From contig JAEYKI010000015.1 in the NCBI GenBank assembly GCA_023408315.1, positions 8,985 to 40,984 of the forward strand: a DNA stretch of 32,000 bases, written 5' to 3'. Within the stretch, counting starts at the first letter, position 1. The number at the start of each line of letters is the position of its first letter. The position numbers were made by a program, and so were the translations under genes. A model generated the notes under the pieces. The model was not told the origin of the DNA and ran no database searches. It worked only from the letters and a program-made list of their open reading frames with translations. Shown here piece by piece: positions 1 through 9,920 of the stretch. This stretch comes from Bacillota bacterium (GTDB lineage Bacteria; Bacillota; Clostridia; Christensenellales; Christensenellaceae).

Positions 1-1649
1 ATATGCACGCTCCCGCAGGCAGCCGCGTATTGCACAACATCATAACCCAGATAGGTATCATCCAGTTTTGCGTCATGCTCCACAAGCAGCTTAATCTCTT
101 CTAGATCACCCTTTTCTATTGCCTCAAAAAGAAGTTGTCCGTTATCTTTGCCATAATCAAAATTCGGATCAGCGCCTTTATCCAGCAAAAGTTTCAATGT
201 ATCGATGTTGGTATAAAAAGCGTTAGATAAAGGAGAACCAAATCCGCTTTCGTTGCCGTTCACCAAAGCGCCCTGACTGATTACGTATTCCATTGCTTCC
301 GTATTCCCGTCTCTGGTGGCAGATACTAACGGACTGTAAAATTCAACCGAAGGATTTACGCAGCTCTTATACCTTTCCACCAAAAAACGCAGTATATCCA
401 TTTGCTTTCCCATAATAGCGCCTTTCATGGCGCTGCAGATATGCTTTTCATCTGTTCGCGCGCCCGCGTTCAGCAAAAGTTTTGCCAGTTCCATATCTCC
501 GCTCTGCGCTGCCGCGCTCAATTCGTCAGTAAAACCGTCATAACCGGTAACTATCTCGAAATTCTGAATATCTCCCTTGATTTCTGAGCCGCTGTCAATC
601 AAATACTTTGCAATATCCAAATGATCATTCTTCACCGCCCACAGCATAGGGGTAAACTTAGTGTCATACGCCTTGTATCCCTTGTTCACGTCCATTCCTT
701 TTCCGGCAAGGTACTGCACGTTTGCCAGATTGCCGTACTTGGCTGCAAGCAGGAGAGGGCATTCGTACTGGTTCACGGCATCGCTTGGCTGGCTGATCTG
801 CAATTTTTCCAGCAAATCAGGATTCCCAAACGCCGCCGCGCAGGCGGTTACCAGTTCCCTGTCCTGCTCGGGTATTCCTTTGTCTATCTCCTGCTTCAGT
901 TTATCCGTATCCGCCAACAATGCAGCTTCCGCCAGCGGGGACAGGCCTGTATCCTGTCCCTGTGCCCTGGCTGCCTGCGCCAGTTTCTGCAATACCAGAA
1001 GATCAATTTTTCTATAATTCTGGTATGCAAGCCGCATGGTCTGCGCTGTTACCTTTGCACCATGCTGCAAAAACAGGTCGACAATTTTATTGTCTTCCTT
1101 TTCCCGGTCATTTTTCAGGTAATACTCCAGCGCAGTGTACCCTTCCTTGGATACAATGTTTGGGTCAGCTCCATGTTCCAGCAATACGGGCAGATATTCC
1201 GCCCAGCATTGCTTAAACCTCTCTGCGCATATGCTAAGGCCTGTTTTTCCGGTATCGTCAACGGAATCCGGGTTCACGCCGCTATTGAGCAGGACCATTA
1301 GCTTTTCCATTCTGTTCGCAGGGTCATCCTGTCCGATAAGCACACCCAATGCTGTGGAAGGAAATTTCGCATCATACTTTTGTAATTGCGGTATTTCAAG
1401 ATGTTCGGACGTCGCACCGTTTGCCAGGGCTTCTTTTACCATTTCCAGGTTTCCATAGAGTCCCATTATGCCATTGTTCGTTAATCCAAGCAGCATACGG
1501 GTATTCTGGTATTCAGCGTTTGTATCGCTGGTGTTCATAATCTTATAATAATCCGCATCATTTCTGTATCCTGGCCATAATTTGCAGCTTGTAAGTATTA
1601 AGGCGCAAACCATAAGAATTGCTACCGCCAAAATTAGTTTTCTAAGCAT
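1..1649 (-). CDS. Ankyrin-repeat lipoprotein, partial (3' end beyond window start)
   Basis: Reverse-strand frame open from ATG at 1649 to the window edge: MLRKLILAVAILMVCALILTSCKLWPGYRND..., signal peptide with lipobox LTSC, then ankyrin-like units such as EYLPVLLEHGADPNIVSKEGYTALEYYLKN, KDNGQLLFEAIEKGDLEEIKLLVEHDAKL, NIDTLKLLLDKGADPNFDYG. Not in the supplied ORF track because it has no stop inside the window. Confidence 0.85.
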   Translation of the reverse strand, partial: MLRKLILAVAILMVCALILTSCKLWPGYRNDADYYKIMNTSDTNAEYQNTRMLLGLTNNGIMGLYGNLEMVKEALANGATSEHLEIPQLQKYDAKFPSTALGVLIGQDDPANRMEKLMVLLNSGVNPDSVDDTGKTGLSICAERFKQCWAEYLPVLLEHGADPNIVSKEGYTALEYYLKNDREKEDNKIVDLFLQHGAKVTAQTMRLAYQNYRKIDLLVLQKLAQAARAQGQDTGLSPLAEAALLADTDKLKQEIDKGIPEQDRELVTACAAAFGNPDLLEKLQISQPSDAVNQYECPLLLAAKYGNLANVQYLAGKGMDVNKGYKAYDTKFTPMLWAVKNDHLDIAKYLIDSGSEIKGDIQNFEIVTGYDGFTDELSAAAQSGDMELAKLLLNAGARTDEKHICSAMKGAIMGKQMDILRFLVERYKSCVNPSVEFYSPLVSATRDGNTEAMEYVISQGALVNGNESGFGSPLSNAFYTNIDTLKLLLDKGADPNFDYGKDNGQLLFEAIEKGDLEEIKLLVEHDAKLDDTYLGYDVVQYAAACGSVH

Positions 1650-1670
1650 AAATTCCTCCAATACTATCTT

Positions 1671-3422
1671 TCACCAGCCGCTGCCACCGCCGCCGCCAAA
1701 ATCACCGCGGCTTAATATACTATTAGGGTCATAGGTATATGTAACAATAAACTTTCCAGTGTGATTTGGATCCGGTTTTACTTTTCCAAAAAGTATTTTG
1801 GTTTTCTGTGTGTTTTCATTAGCGTTTTTGGCAAGAGCATTTAGGAATCCTTCGTCTTCAGAAATAAGGGTCGCAACCATGTACATATTATCTTTATCTA
1901 AATCTCCCGCCATCATATTGGACCCAAACTGCCAGTACCTGTCTTGCCCGTGGTCGTCAGTAGACATGACCTGGTTGCCTTTATCGTCATATACTTGTAT
2001 ATTTGTCCGCACTCTTTTATCGGATGATTTATCTATTCTATAGTGATCCTCTTTATTGCCATCCGAATCCGTCTTGTTGCTTTCATATATTCCGAATTCA
2101 CCTCCCGGAACTAAAGAAAATGCTCCATAGTCCCCAAACCAAGGCCTGAATACGTAATGTTTATCGCCATAATCAAATCCCACCTTATCCGTTTCCAAGT
2201 CAAAGCCAAGTAATGGAGTTAACAAGTCATAAAAGTCCGCATAACCAAAATATTTTTGCGTGCCTTTATCATCGGAGTACCATTGTCCTGTTTTTTCATC
2301 ATATTGCATTCCAAAAACCTCCAAAACCCCCTGAAAGTTTTTGCTCAACTGTTCCTGCATGGCTTTTACGTTGTCTGCGTTTTTTGGGTCTTTTAAATAA
2401 TCTCCAATTATTTTTGCCACAGGCGAGGTAACTGTCTTCATTGTATCCTTATAAACGTCAGAAATACCTTCTAAGGTTTCATAAAGCGGATCATCCTTAT
2501 TTTCATTTTGTACTTCACTCGAAAGAAAGGCAACCTTGCCCTTATCCAGCCCAGCATTCCTGTTATGCTCGTTAAACGCTTTATTGATGATCGCCGTGTC
2601 GCTGCTGCTTGTATTCCCGCTGTCCTGGCTGCTCTCGGGGAACTTATAAATCGCTTTGTCGAGTGGTTTAGCCGATCGTTTAAACGCATCCTCTATGCTT
2701 TCTCCAGGCTTTGTATCATAGCGGTAAACCAGGTCGTTGAAGCTTCGCTTCGTATTGTCCGCGGTTGCCTTATCTGTAATCTTGTTCATGTTTGAGACCA
2801 TATCAAGGTAGCTCTGGCTGTTCTGCCCTGATGCCGTATTCTGTTCTGTCTTTGTCTGATAAGGTGTTACACCGGTGTTTTGCATCTGCAAAGTCTGCGC
2901 TGGCTTTTGCGTCGCGGCAAACGGGTTCTGCGCTTGATTGCCCATTCCCGTGTACGCCATGGACTGCCCCCAACCGTCAGTCAGGCTTGTTCTCGAAGGC
3001 GTAACCGCCGCCTGTATCTGGCTGTCGCTCGCTTTGGGCATAGCAGGGTATGTTTGCGTTGGCACGGTTTTCTTTTGGTTTGTTCCTCCTGTGAATCCGT
3101 CAAAAAAGCCATTTTCAAACTCGTTGGTAGCGGCGTCCGTTTTAGGGCCGAATATCCCGTCCTCTTTTAACTGATTACCGTTTGCGTCTTTATAGCCCCA
3201 GTCATTTAGTTGCGACTGCCACGCCGCGGTAGATGCATCAGGCTTGCCCAGATGCTGCTGGTACGTATTCATCTTTGCCAGCGCCTGCTGCGTTTTGGGT
3301 CCGGCTATGCCGTCCACTGCCAGCTTGTTCCCGTTATCGTCAGTAAACCCATAGTTGTTTAGCATCGTTTGAAGGTTTTTTGCCTGGTCTGCACTCCAGG
3401 TTTTGTTTGTTGTTATTGCCAT
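1671..3422 (-). CDS. Protein with two N-terminal peptidoglycan-binding-like repeats and C-terminal DUF4474-like domain
   Basis: 583-aa ORF; repeats LQTMLNNYGFTDDNGNKLAVDGIAGPKTQQAL and WQSQLNDWGYKDANGNQLKEDGIFGPKTDAAT; C-terminal FGMQYDEKTGQWYSDDKGTQKYFGYADFYDLL...FGIYESN resembles DUF4474; Gly-rich tail. Confidence 0.7.
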   Translation of the reverse strand: MAITTNKTWSADQAKNLQTMLNNYGFTDDNGNKLAVDGIAGPKTQQALAKMNTYQQHLGKPDASTAAWQSQLNDWGYKDANGNQLKEDGIFGPKTDAATNEFENGFFDGFTGGTNQKKTVPTQTYPAMPKASDSQIQAAVTPSRTSLTDGWGQSMAYTGMGNQAQNPFAATQKPAQTLQMQNTGVTPYQTKTEQNTASGQNSQSYLDMVSNMNKITDKATADNTKRSFNDLVYRYDTKPGESIEDAFKRSAKPLDKAIYKFPESSQDSGNTSSSDTAIINKAFNEHNRNAGLDKGKVAFLSSEVQNENKDDPLYETLEGISDVYKDTMKTVTSPVAKIIGDYLKDPKNADNVKAMQEQLSKNFQGVLEVFGMQYDEKTGQWYSDDKGTQKYFGYADFYDLLTPLLGFDLETDKVGFDYGDKHYVFRPWFGDYGAFSLVPGGEFGIYESNKTDSDGNKEDHYRIDKSSDKRVRTNIQVYDDKGNQVMSTDDHGQDRYWQFGSNMMAGDLDKDNMYMVATLISEDEGFLNALAKNANENTQKTKILFGKVKPDPNHTGKFIVTYTYDPNSILSRGDFGGGGGSGW

Positions 3423-3657
3423 AATTATTACCCTTTATCGTAATTTTAATAGCATTATATCATACTATGGTGTGCAGTTAGCACCAATTTTTACGAAAAG
3501 GGGTATTTTTTTAAATTTTAATATGATTCGATTTAATACTATTTTACCACTAAATGTTAATTTGGTCTATAATTCTGTAATAATGGGGGATACGCCAGTG
3601 AATTAAAAGTTTGTGCGCCGGATTTGTTGGTGACCGAGGTAGAATGAAACTTCCCTT

Positions 3658-3711
3658 GGAATGCTGACAGTAAACTGGACAATTTTTTCTGCTAGTCTAA
3701 TTACCGGCTAG
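3658..3711. repeat. Relic of the IS3-type element end (solo copy)
   Basis: ggaatgctgacagtaaactggacaattttttctgctagtctaattaccggctag closely matches the IS end at 3975 (ggaatgctgacggtaaactggacagttttttctggacagtctaattaccgggcag). Confidence 0.75.
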
Positions 3712-3733
3712 TATATGCATTTGTATGAGGGCT

Positions 3734-3973
3734 AAAGTTTTATCGTATTTGTTAAAAACGCCTTTAATAAAGGAAATATTGCTAGTTTTATTTTTAAAAA
3801 ATGTCTACTAATATTTTAAGATTTACTCTGATGACTGTATTATCAGTTAACTGTATTAATTAATTCCGTGTATTAATTAATCCTTATTTAAAGCCTTTAT
3901 AAAGATTCATGCGCGAGATTTTATGGGAACAAGGTAATATAAGAAATTGATCGCTCGGGGAGCGTTTTAAAAA
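3734..3973. repeat. ~240-bp non-coding dispersed direct repeat, copy A
   Basis: Aligned by eye with 13316..13553; conserved blocks include gttaaaaa[c/t]gcctttaataaa[g/a]gaaatattgct and gaaattgatcgctcggggagc. Confidence 0.85.
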
Positions 3974-3974
3974 T

Positions 3975-5111
3975 GGAATGCTGACGGTAAACTGGACAGT
4001 TTTTTCTGGACAGTCTAATTACCGGGCAGCATTTTTTCTTTCTCCTGTTTTTCAAAATATTCACTTTCTGCCTGATTTGGCGTTATAAAGCCCAGACATT
4101 GATGCGGCCTATAGTCATTAAAATATTCTAAGTAATTCTGGACTGCTGTTCTTAGTTCTTCTTCTGTTGTGTAATAGCTACGTTTAAACTCTTTTTTAAT
4201 GGACGCAAAGAAAGATTCAGCAACAGCATTATCAAACGGTACACCAGGCTTCGAATAGGATGGCTTCACATGATGTTTTCGTAAAAAAGAACGAAATATA
4301 TAGGAGGTATATTGAGCTCCCTGGTCACTGTGAAGCATTAGACCTTGCGGTTGATTACGTACAGAAAATGCTTCTTTGAAAGCGGATGTCACTAAATCCA
4401 CATCAATTTTGTCTGAAATAGCGTGAGATACCACTTTCCTGGAAAATAAGTCGATAATAACGCAAAGATAGTAGGTTGCATCATTTACATATAGGTATGT
4501 TATATCAGTGACCCAAACCAGATTAGGCGCTTCCTGAAGGAATTGCCGTTTTAATTTGTTTGGATAGTATTTATATTTTCTGTCATTTGTAGCATTTGGA
4601 TATATGTTACTTTGGCACGACAACCCCATTTCTTTCATAAGGCGGCTAGTTCTTTTCTCGCTTATTACATATTGGTTTTCCATTAACTTGGCGCGGATTT
4701 TTCGTACGCCAAAGCGTCTTCCACTCTTTTCAAAAATTTCATTGATAAGAGGTCTAAATTCTTCATCTTCTTGCTGAATTATTGTTGTTTCTGGACTCCT
4801 TAGAATGTAGTTGTAGAATGTTGCGCGGTTGACCTCCAAAACATTGCATAGGACGTGAGTGCTGTATTCATTTTGTAACTGCTTCATGGCTGATAATTTA
4901 TCTTTTAAGGGGGCTGCAGCAGTGCATCCGCTTTTTATTAATATTTGATTGACTATACGGATGACCTGAACCCGAAAAATTTCAAGTGCCAGAGGTAATG
5001 TGAGAATGATTGCTTTGCGAGATTTGATATAACAGAGGTAAGGTTCAACTCCACTTGCTTCCGCAAAATTACTAAATAATACCAATAATTTATTAAATTA
5101 TTGGTATTATT
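3975..5111 (-). mobile_element. IS3-family insertion element, apparently lacking a recognisable orfA; boundaries approximate
   Basis: DDE transposase ORF plus a terminal sequence at 3975-4030 that recurs at 3658 and 16837. The right boundary is uncertain and is placed at the 37-bp palindrome. Confidence 0.65.
4015..5085 (-). CDS. IS3-family transposase OrfB (rve integrase core); N-terminal part of the ORF may not be the native start
   Basis: VLCNVLEVNRATFYNYILR, FGVRKIRAKLMENQYVISEKRTSRLMKEMGL, PNLVWVTDITYL..LCVIIDLFSRKVVSHAIS, MLHSDQGAQYTS, YSKPGVPFDNAVAESFFASIKKE, YFNDYRPHQCLGFITPNQ: typical IS3 D-D-E core. Confidence 0.93.
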   Translation of the reverse strand: MVLFSNFAEASGVEPYLCYIKSRKAIILTLPLALEIFRVQVIRIVNQILIKSGCTAAAPLKDKLSAMKQLQNEYSTHVLCNVLEVNRATFYNYILRSPETTIIQQEDEEFRPLINEIFEKSGRRFGVRKIRAKLMENQYVISEKRTSRLMKEMGLSCQSNIYPNATNDRKYKYYPNKLKRQFLQEAPNLVWVTDITYLYVNDATYYLCVIIDLFSRKVVSHAISDKIDVDLVTSAFKEAFSVRNQPQGLMLHSDQGAQYTSYIFRSFLRKHHVKPSYSKPGVPFDNAVAESFFASIKKEFKRSYYTTEEELRTAVQNYLEYFNDYRPHQCLGFITPNQAESEYFEKQEKEKMLPGN

Positions 5112-5465
5112 TTATTTGACAAGCTCATCAAGCATACAGGATTTCCAGTAGCAATAGAATTACTTGATAACATCCATATTAGGTTCATATAAGCGGAAAC
5201 AAACCAGTTTTTTCGTTTGTTTGACACACATAATATTGTAAAATAAATAAAAGAGTACGCTATTTTTATTGAAAACAATAAAAGGTCTTTTTTATATTAT
5301 GTAACCTGTTAATCTTTATATTTTCTTAATATCCACCGCCAAATTCTTAACACTACCTTTATATAATCCGTGGTAATTTAATACCAAGAATGAAGCAATT
5401 ATCAAGCTATTAAGCATTAAAATGTAATGTTTAAAATATTGGAGAAAAAAGGAGGCGTTAGGATT

Positions 5466-5555
5466 ATGGGGTATGTGCTGGCTGTTGCGGCAGTTGTTGG
5501 ACTAGGTTTGCTCATATATCTTTTTCTTGTTTTATTCAGAGGTGAGAAGTTATGA
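5466..5555 (+). CDS. kdpF: KdpF, small membrane subunit of the K+-transporting ATPase
   Basis: ATG GGG TAT GTG... encodes [29 protein letters not shown], a single-TM peptide directly upstream of and overlapping kdpA (atgA overlap); preceded by aaaaaaggaggcg RBS. Confidence 0.85.
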   Translation: MGYVLAVAAVVGLGLLIYLFLVLFRGEKL

Positions 5556-7240
5556 ATGACGCAGTTTTACAGTCCGTTATTTATATCGCCATACTTATCT
5601 GCGTATCAATTCCGCTTGGTATATATATTTATAGGGTAATGACAGGGCAGAAGGTTTTTTTAACAAATGTATTTGCTCCCGTGGAAAAAGGAATCTACAA
5701 GGCGATGGGAATCAGGAAAGAGGAAGAGATGCCGCCAAAGAAGTATGCCTGGATGGTAATCGGCTTCTCCGCCGTGGGGCTTGGAATTGTTTTTTTGATC
5801 CAAATCATACAAAGCGTGTTGCCTTTTAATCCGCAGGGGATGGGGGCAGTAAGCCCGGACCTGGCGTTCAATACGGCTGCCAGTTTTATAACCAATACAA
5901 ACTGGCAGGCATACTCCGGGGAAACTGCGCTTTCATATTTTACGCAAAGCATTGGCCTTACTGTGCAAAACTTTGTATCGGCGGCAGTGGGTATAGCAGT
6001 TTTGTTTGTGCTGATACGCGGTTTTGTTTTAAAACAGCAGACGGGAATCGGGAATTTTTGGGTTGATTTGACCAGAGTAACACTTTATGCTTTGATTCCA
6101 CTTTCACTGATACTGGCGGTGCTGCTGGTGTCGCAGGGCGTTGTGCAGACGTGGAGCCAATATAAAGACGTCACAATACTACAAACCGGTGCGGCTCAGA
6201 CTGTACCGCTTGGCCCTGCCGCCAGCCAGATAGCGATCAAGCAGCTTGGCACGAATGGCGGAGGATTTTTTGGGGCAAACTCTGCATTTCCTTTAGAGAA
6301 TCCCACGGCCTTTTCCAATTTAATTCAGCTTCTGTCCATATTGCTGGTTCCGGCTGCGCTCTGCATATCATTCGGAAAGGCGGTGCGTGACGGCAAACAG
6401 GGAAGAACGATTCTGATTGTGATGTTGGTTTTGTTTGCAATATCCCTTGGGGCTGTTATAAGCAGCGAATTTTTGGTTTCGCCTGCTTTCCAGGGAGTTG
6501 CTGCATCGGGCAGCATGGAGGGCAAGGAAGTAATACACGGTGTTGGCACTTCGGCGATTTGGGGAACCGCCACCACTGCCGCTTCCAACGGATCGGTAAA
6601 TTCCATGCATGACAGCTTTACGCCGTTGGCCGGAATGGTATTGATGTTTTTAATGCATATTGGAGAAGTTGTCTTCGGCGGCGTTGGAAGTGGCCTGTAT
6701 GGCATGCTTGCATTTGTGATACTGACCGTGTTTATAGCCGGATTGATGGTGGGGCGCACGCCTGAATATCTGGGTAAGAAAATTGAGCCGTTTGATATGA
6801 AGATGGTCTGCCTGATTGTTTTGGTGCCCCCGCTTTTTGTTTTGTTTGGAACTATGGCGGCTGTACTTAATCCCCAGGTTTCTTCCTGGCTGACCAACAG
6901 CGGAGCGCATGGATTTTCTGAAGTGCTATATGCATTTTCTTCCATAGCCAACAACAACGGCAGCGCTTTTGCGGGATATAACGCGAATACTCCCTTTACC
7001 AATATACTGGGCGGCGTGATTATGCTGGTTACAAGATTTATTCCAATGGTTGCGGCCATTTTTCTGGCCGGGAGCCTTTCCAAAAAGAAGATTGTTGCGG
7101 CAAGCGAAGGCACGCTCTCTACAAGCAACGCCCTGTTTGGGGGCTTGCTGATCTTTATCATCCTGATCATAGGCGCACTGACGTTTCTGCCCGCTCTTGC
7201 TTTGGGGCCGATGGCGGATTTTTATACGGCCGTGCATTGA
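5552..7240 (+). CDS. kdpA: K+-transporting ATPase subunit KdpA
   Basis: 562 aa; [59 protein letters not shown] are KdpA signatures. Confidence 0.97.
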   Translation: MNDAVLQSVIYIAILICVSIPLGIYIYRVMTGQKVFLTNVFAPVEKGIYKAMGIRKEEEMPPKKYAWMVIGFSAVGLGIVFLIQIIQSVLPFNPQGMGAVSPDLAFNTAASFITNTNWQAYSGETALSYFTQSIGLTVQNFVSAAVGIAVLFVLIRGFVLKQQTGIGNFWVDLTRVTLYALIPLSLILAVLLVSQGVVQTWSQYKDVTILQTGAAQTVPLGPAASQIAIKQLGTNGGGFFGANSAFPLENPTAFSNLIQLLSILLVPAALCISFGKAVRDGKQGRTILIVMLVLFAISLGAVISSEFLVSPAFQGVAASGSMEGKEVIHGVGTSAIWGTATTAASNGSVNSMHDSFTPLAGMVLMFLMHIGEVVFGGVGSGLYGMLAFVILTVFIAGLMVGRTPEYLGKKIEPFDMKMVCLIVLVPPLFVLFGTMAAVLNPQVSSWLTNSGAHGFSEVLYAFSSIANNNGSAFAGYNANTPFTNILGGVIMLVTRFIPMVAAIFLAGSLSKKKIVAASEGTLSTSNALFGGLLIFIILIIGALTFLPALALGPMADFYTAVH

Positions 7241-7250
7241 GGTGAGATAA

Positions 7251-9308
7251 ATGAAAAAAGGAATGGACAATAAAATTTTAATAGACGCAATCACCCAGTC
7301 GTTTGTAAAGCTGGCGCCGCAAACCCAGGTCAAGAATCCGGTCATGTTTGTTGTCTTCATTGGCGCAATTTTTACCACGGTTCTGTATTTCCTGACTTTT
7401 GGTGGCGTGCAGGACGCAAGCGCGTGGTACATTCTTACCATTGCTTTGATATTGTGGTTTACCTGTATATTTGCCAATTTTGCGGAAGCCATTGCGGAGG
7501 GCCGGGGCCATGCCCAGGCGGATAGCTTGCGCAGTGCAAGAAAAGATGTGATGGCTAAAAAGCTGAAATTTGCTGCATCCAATATAAACGATTATACAGA
7601 GGTGCTTTCCAGTACGCTGAGAAAAGGCGATATTGTTTATGTGCAGGCGGGTGAGCAAATACCTATGGATGGGGATGTGATTGAAGGAGCGGCCAGTGTG
7701 GACGAGAGCGCCATTACCGGAGAATCAGCGCCGGTGATCCGTGAATCGGGCGGGGACAGGAGCGCCGTTACCGGCGGCACCACGTTGGTCTCTGACTGGC
7801 TGATTATTCAGGTGACAGCGTCCCCCGGTGAAAGCTTTCTGGATAAGATGATCGCAATGGTAGAAGGCGCCTCGCGAAAAAAGACGCCCAACGAAATTGC
7901 GCTGCAAATATTGCTTGTTACTCTGACAATTATTTTTTTGGTGGTATGCGCGTCCCTTTTGCCGTTTTCCAGCTTCGCAAGGGAGCAAGCGGGAGCAGGC
8001 ACCCCGATATCAATAACAAATGTAATCGCCCTGCTGGTGTGCCTGGCGCCAACTACCATCGGCGCGTTGCTTTCTTCCATTGGCATTGCAGGAATGAGTA
8101 GATTGAATCAGGCGAACGTACTTGCCATGAGCGGGCGTGCCATTGAAGCGGCGGGTGACGTGGATGTGCTTCTGCTGGATAAGACGGGAACGATAACGTT
8201 CGGCAACCGGCAGGCAAGCGAGTTTATACCCGTATCCGGCATAACGGAGCAGGAACTGGCAGACACCGCGCAGCTTTCCAGCCTGGCGGACGAAACAGCC
8301 GAGGGCCGGAGCATAGCGGTGCTTGCCAAGCAGCGGTTTAATATACGTGGGCGCGATTTATCAAAGTTGGATGCAACTTTTATTCCGTTTACAGCAAAAA
8401 CAAGGATGAGCGGCATTGACTTTGGCGATAACGTAATCCGAAAAGGCGCAGCCGATTCTGTAAAAGCATATGTGCTTATACAGGGAGGGCAATACCCGGA
8501 AGAATGCGACCGGATTGTTCAGCGGGTGGCCCGTGAAGGTGGTACACCGCTGGTGGTTATAAAAAACAAGAGAGTTTTGGGTGTAATTTACCTGAAAGAT
8601 ATTGTGAAGAACGGAGTAAAAGAACGCTTTGGAGACTTGCGTAAAATGGGGATTAAAACCATTATGATCACGGGAGACAATCCTATGACGGCGGCTGCAA
8701 TAGCCGCGGAAGCGGGGGTGGATGATTTTCTTGCGGAAGCGACGCCGGAGGCAAAGCTTACGCTGATACGTGATTATCAGGTTAAAGGCCATCTGGTGGC
8801 CATGACGGGAGACGGTACAAACGATGCGCCCGCACTGGCGCAGGCGGATGTGGCGGTTGCTATGAATTCCGGCACCCAGGCGGCCAAGGAAGCTGGCAAC
8901 ATGGTGGACCTGGATTCCAATCCCACCAAACTGATCGATGTGGTGCGGATAGGCAAACAATTGCTCATGACTAGGGGCGCGCTGACCACATTCAGTGTGG
9001 CAAATGATATTGCGAAGTATTTCGCAATTATTCCCGTTCTGTTTTTCACAATATACCCGCAGCTTGCGGCGCTGAACTTTATGGGCCTTACCAGCGCGAC
9101 CAGTGCGATGCTCGCCTGCATTATTTATAACGCAGCTATAATTATCGCTTTGATCCCGCTGGCTTTGAAGGGTGTTAAATACCGCGAAACTTCCGCGGGA
9201 AAACTGTTACAGCAAAATATACTGATTTACGGGCTTGGCGGAATTGCCGCGCCGTTTGCGGCTATCAAAGCGCTTGATATGCTGCTGACCGCTTTCCATG
9301 TGGTGTGA
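7251..9308 (+). CDS. kdpB: K+-transporting P-type ATPase subunit KdpB
   Basis: 685 aa; [11 protein letters not shown] phosphorylation motif, [43 protein letters not shown]. Confidence 0.98.
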   Translation: MKKGMDNKILIDAITQSFVKLAPQTQVKNPVMFVVFIGAIFTTVLYFLTFGGVQDASAWYILTIALILWFTCIFANFAEAIAEGRGHAQADSLRSARKDVMAKKLKFAASNINDYTEVLSSTLRKGDIVYVQAGEQIPMDGDVIEGAASVDESAITGESAPVIRESGGDRSAVTGGTTLVSDWLIIQVTASPGESFLDKMIAMVEGASRKKTPNEIALQILLVTLTIIFLVVCASLLPFSSFAREQAGAGTPISITNVIALLVCLAPTTIGALLSSIGIAGMSRLNQANVLAMSGRAIEAAGDVDVLLLDKTGTITFGNRQASEFIPVSGITEQELADTAQLSSLADETAEGRSIAVLAKQRFNIRGRDLSKLDATFIPFTAKTRMSGIDFGDNVIRKGAADSVKAYVLIQGGQYPEECDRIVQRVAREGGTPLVVIKNKRVLGVIYLKDIVKNGVKERFGDLRKMGIKTIMITGDNPMTAAAIAAEAGVDDFLAEATPEAKLTLIRDYQVKGHLVAMTGDGTNDAPALAQADVAVAMNSGTQAAKEAGNMVDLDSNPTKLIDVVRIGKQLLMTRGALTTFSVANDIAKYFAIIPVLFFTIYPQLAALNFMGLTSATSAMLACIIYNAAIIIALIPLALKGVKYRETSAGKLLQQNILIYGLGGIAAPFAAIKALDMLLTAFHVV

Positions 9309-9319
9309 GGTGAAGTTTT

Positions 9320-9880
9320 ATGAAAAAAATTTTTAAGGCACTGCGTCCAATCCTTGTCAGTTTTGCAATACTCACGGTTATTTGCGGATTAATTTACCCG
9401 GGGATTGTGACAGGAATTGCACAGGTATTCTTTCCGAGCCAGGCAAACGGGAGTATAATTACAGTAACATTGGAGGACGGCACCATAAAAGAGTATGGTT
9501 CCGCGCTGATTGCGCAGGATTTTACGGATCCCAAATATCTGATTGGCAGACCATCGGGTTCTTCAAATCTGAATCCCGTCAGCCAGGTAGAGAAAGATGC
9601 GGTGCAGCAGCGCGTGGACTGGTGGCATTCGTTTGATCCCGGAAATACAGCGGCCATTCCCGCGGACCTTGTAACCCAGTCGGGCAGCGGCGTGGACCCC
9701 AATATATCGCCAGAAGCGGCGGAATACCAAATAGCTAGGATTTCGGTCATAAGAGGGATCAGCCAGGAACAGGTTCGGGCGGTGATCAGTAAGTACACCT
9801 CAGGTAAGTTCCTGGGTTTTTGGGGAGAGCCTGCCGTGAATGTGCTGAAAGTAAATCTGGCTCTGGACGGACTGATTTAA
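9320..9880 (+). CDS. kdpC: K+-transporting ATPase subunit KdpC
   Basis: 186 aa; LIYPGIVTGIAQVFFPSQANGS, YLIGRPSGSSNLNPVS, SGSGVDPNISPEAAEYQIARI. Confidence 0.96.
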   Translation: MKKIFKALRPILVSFAILTVICGLIYPGIVTGIAQVFFPSQANGSIITVTLEDGTIKEYGSALIAQDFTDPKYLIGRPSGSSNLNPVSQVEKDAVQQRVDWWHSFDPGNTAAIPADLVTQSGSGVDPNISPEAAEYQIARISVIRGISQEQVRAVISKYTSGKFLGFWGEPAVNVLKVNLALDGLI

Positions 9881-9920
9881 GTTTAATCAGAAGCAAATCT
9901 TTTAAGAGGTGGTTTAAAAA

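Noticed and set aside
402-1540. Plus-strand ORFs (402-587, 621-1301, 661-1017, 920-1216, 1135-1458, 1349-1540)
   Set aside because: All lie antisense to the continuous minus-strand ankyrin-repeat lipoprotein frame and have no recognisable protein features.
5041-5066. tRNA T-loop-like string ggttcaactcc ... cttccgca
   Set aside because: No acceptor, D or anticodon stems can be built around it; treated as coincidence near the IS end.
5279-5465. Possible c-di-AMP (ydaO/yuaA) riboswitch before kdp, as seen in some Firmicutes
   Set aside because: I could not find the conserved ydaO blocks in this AT-rich leader or in the 240-bp repeats; a cmsearch would settle it.
6325-7582. Long minus-strand ORFs 6325-7170 and 6926-7582
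   Set aside because: Antisense shadows of kdpA/kdpB, whose plus-strand products match well-known families.
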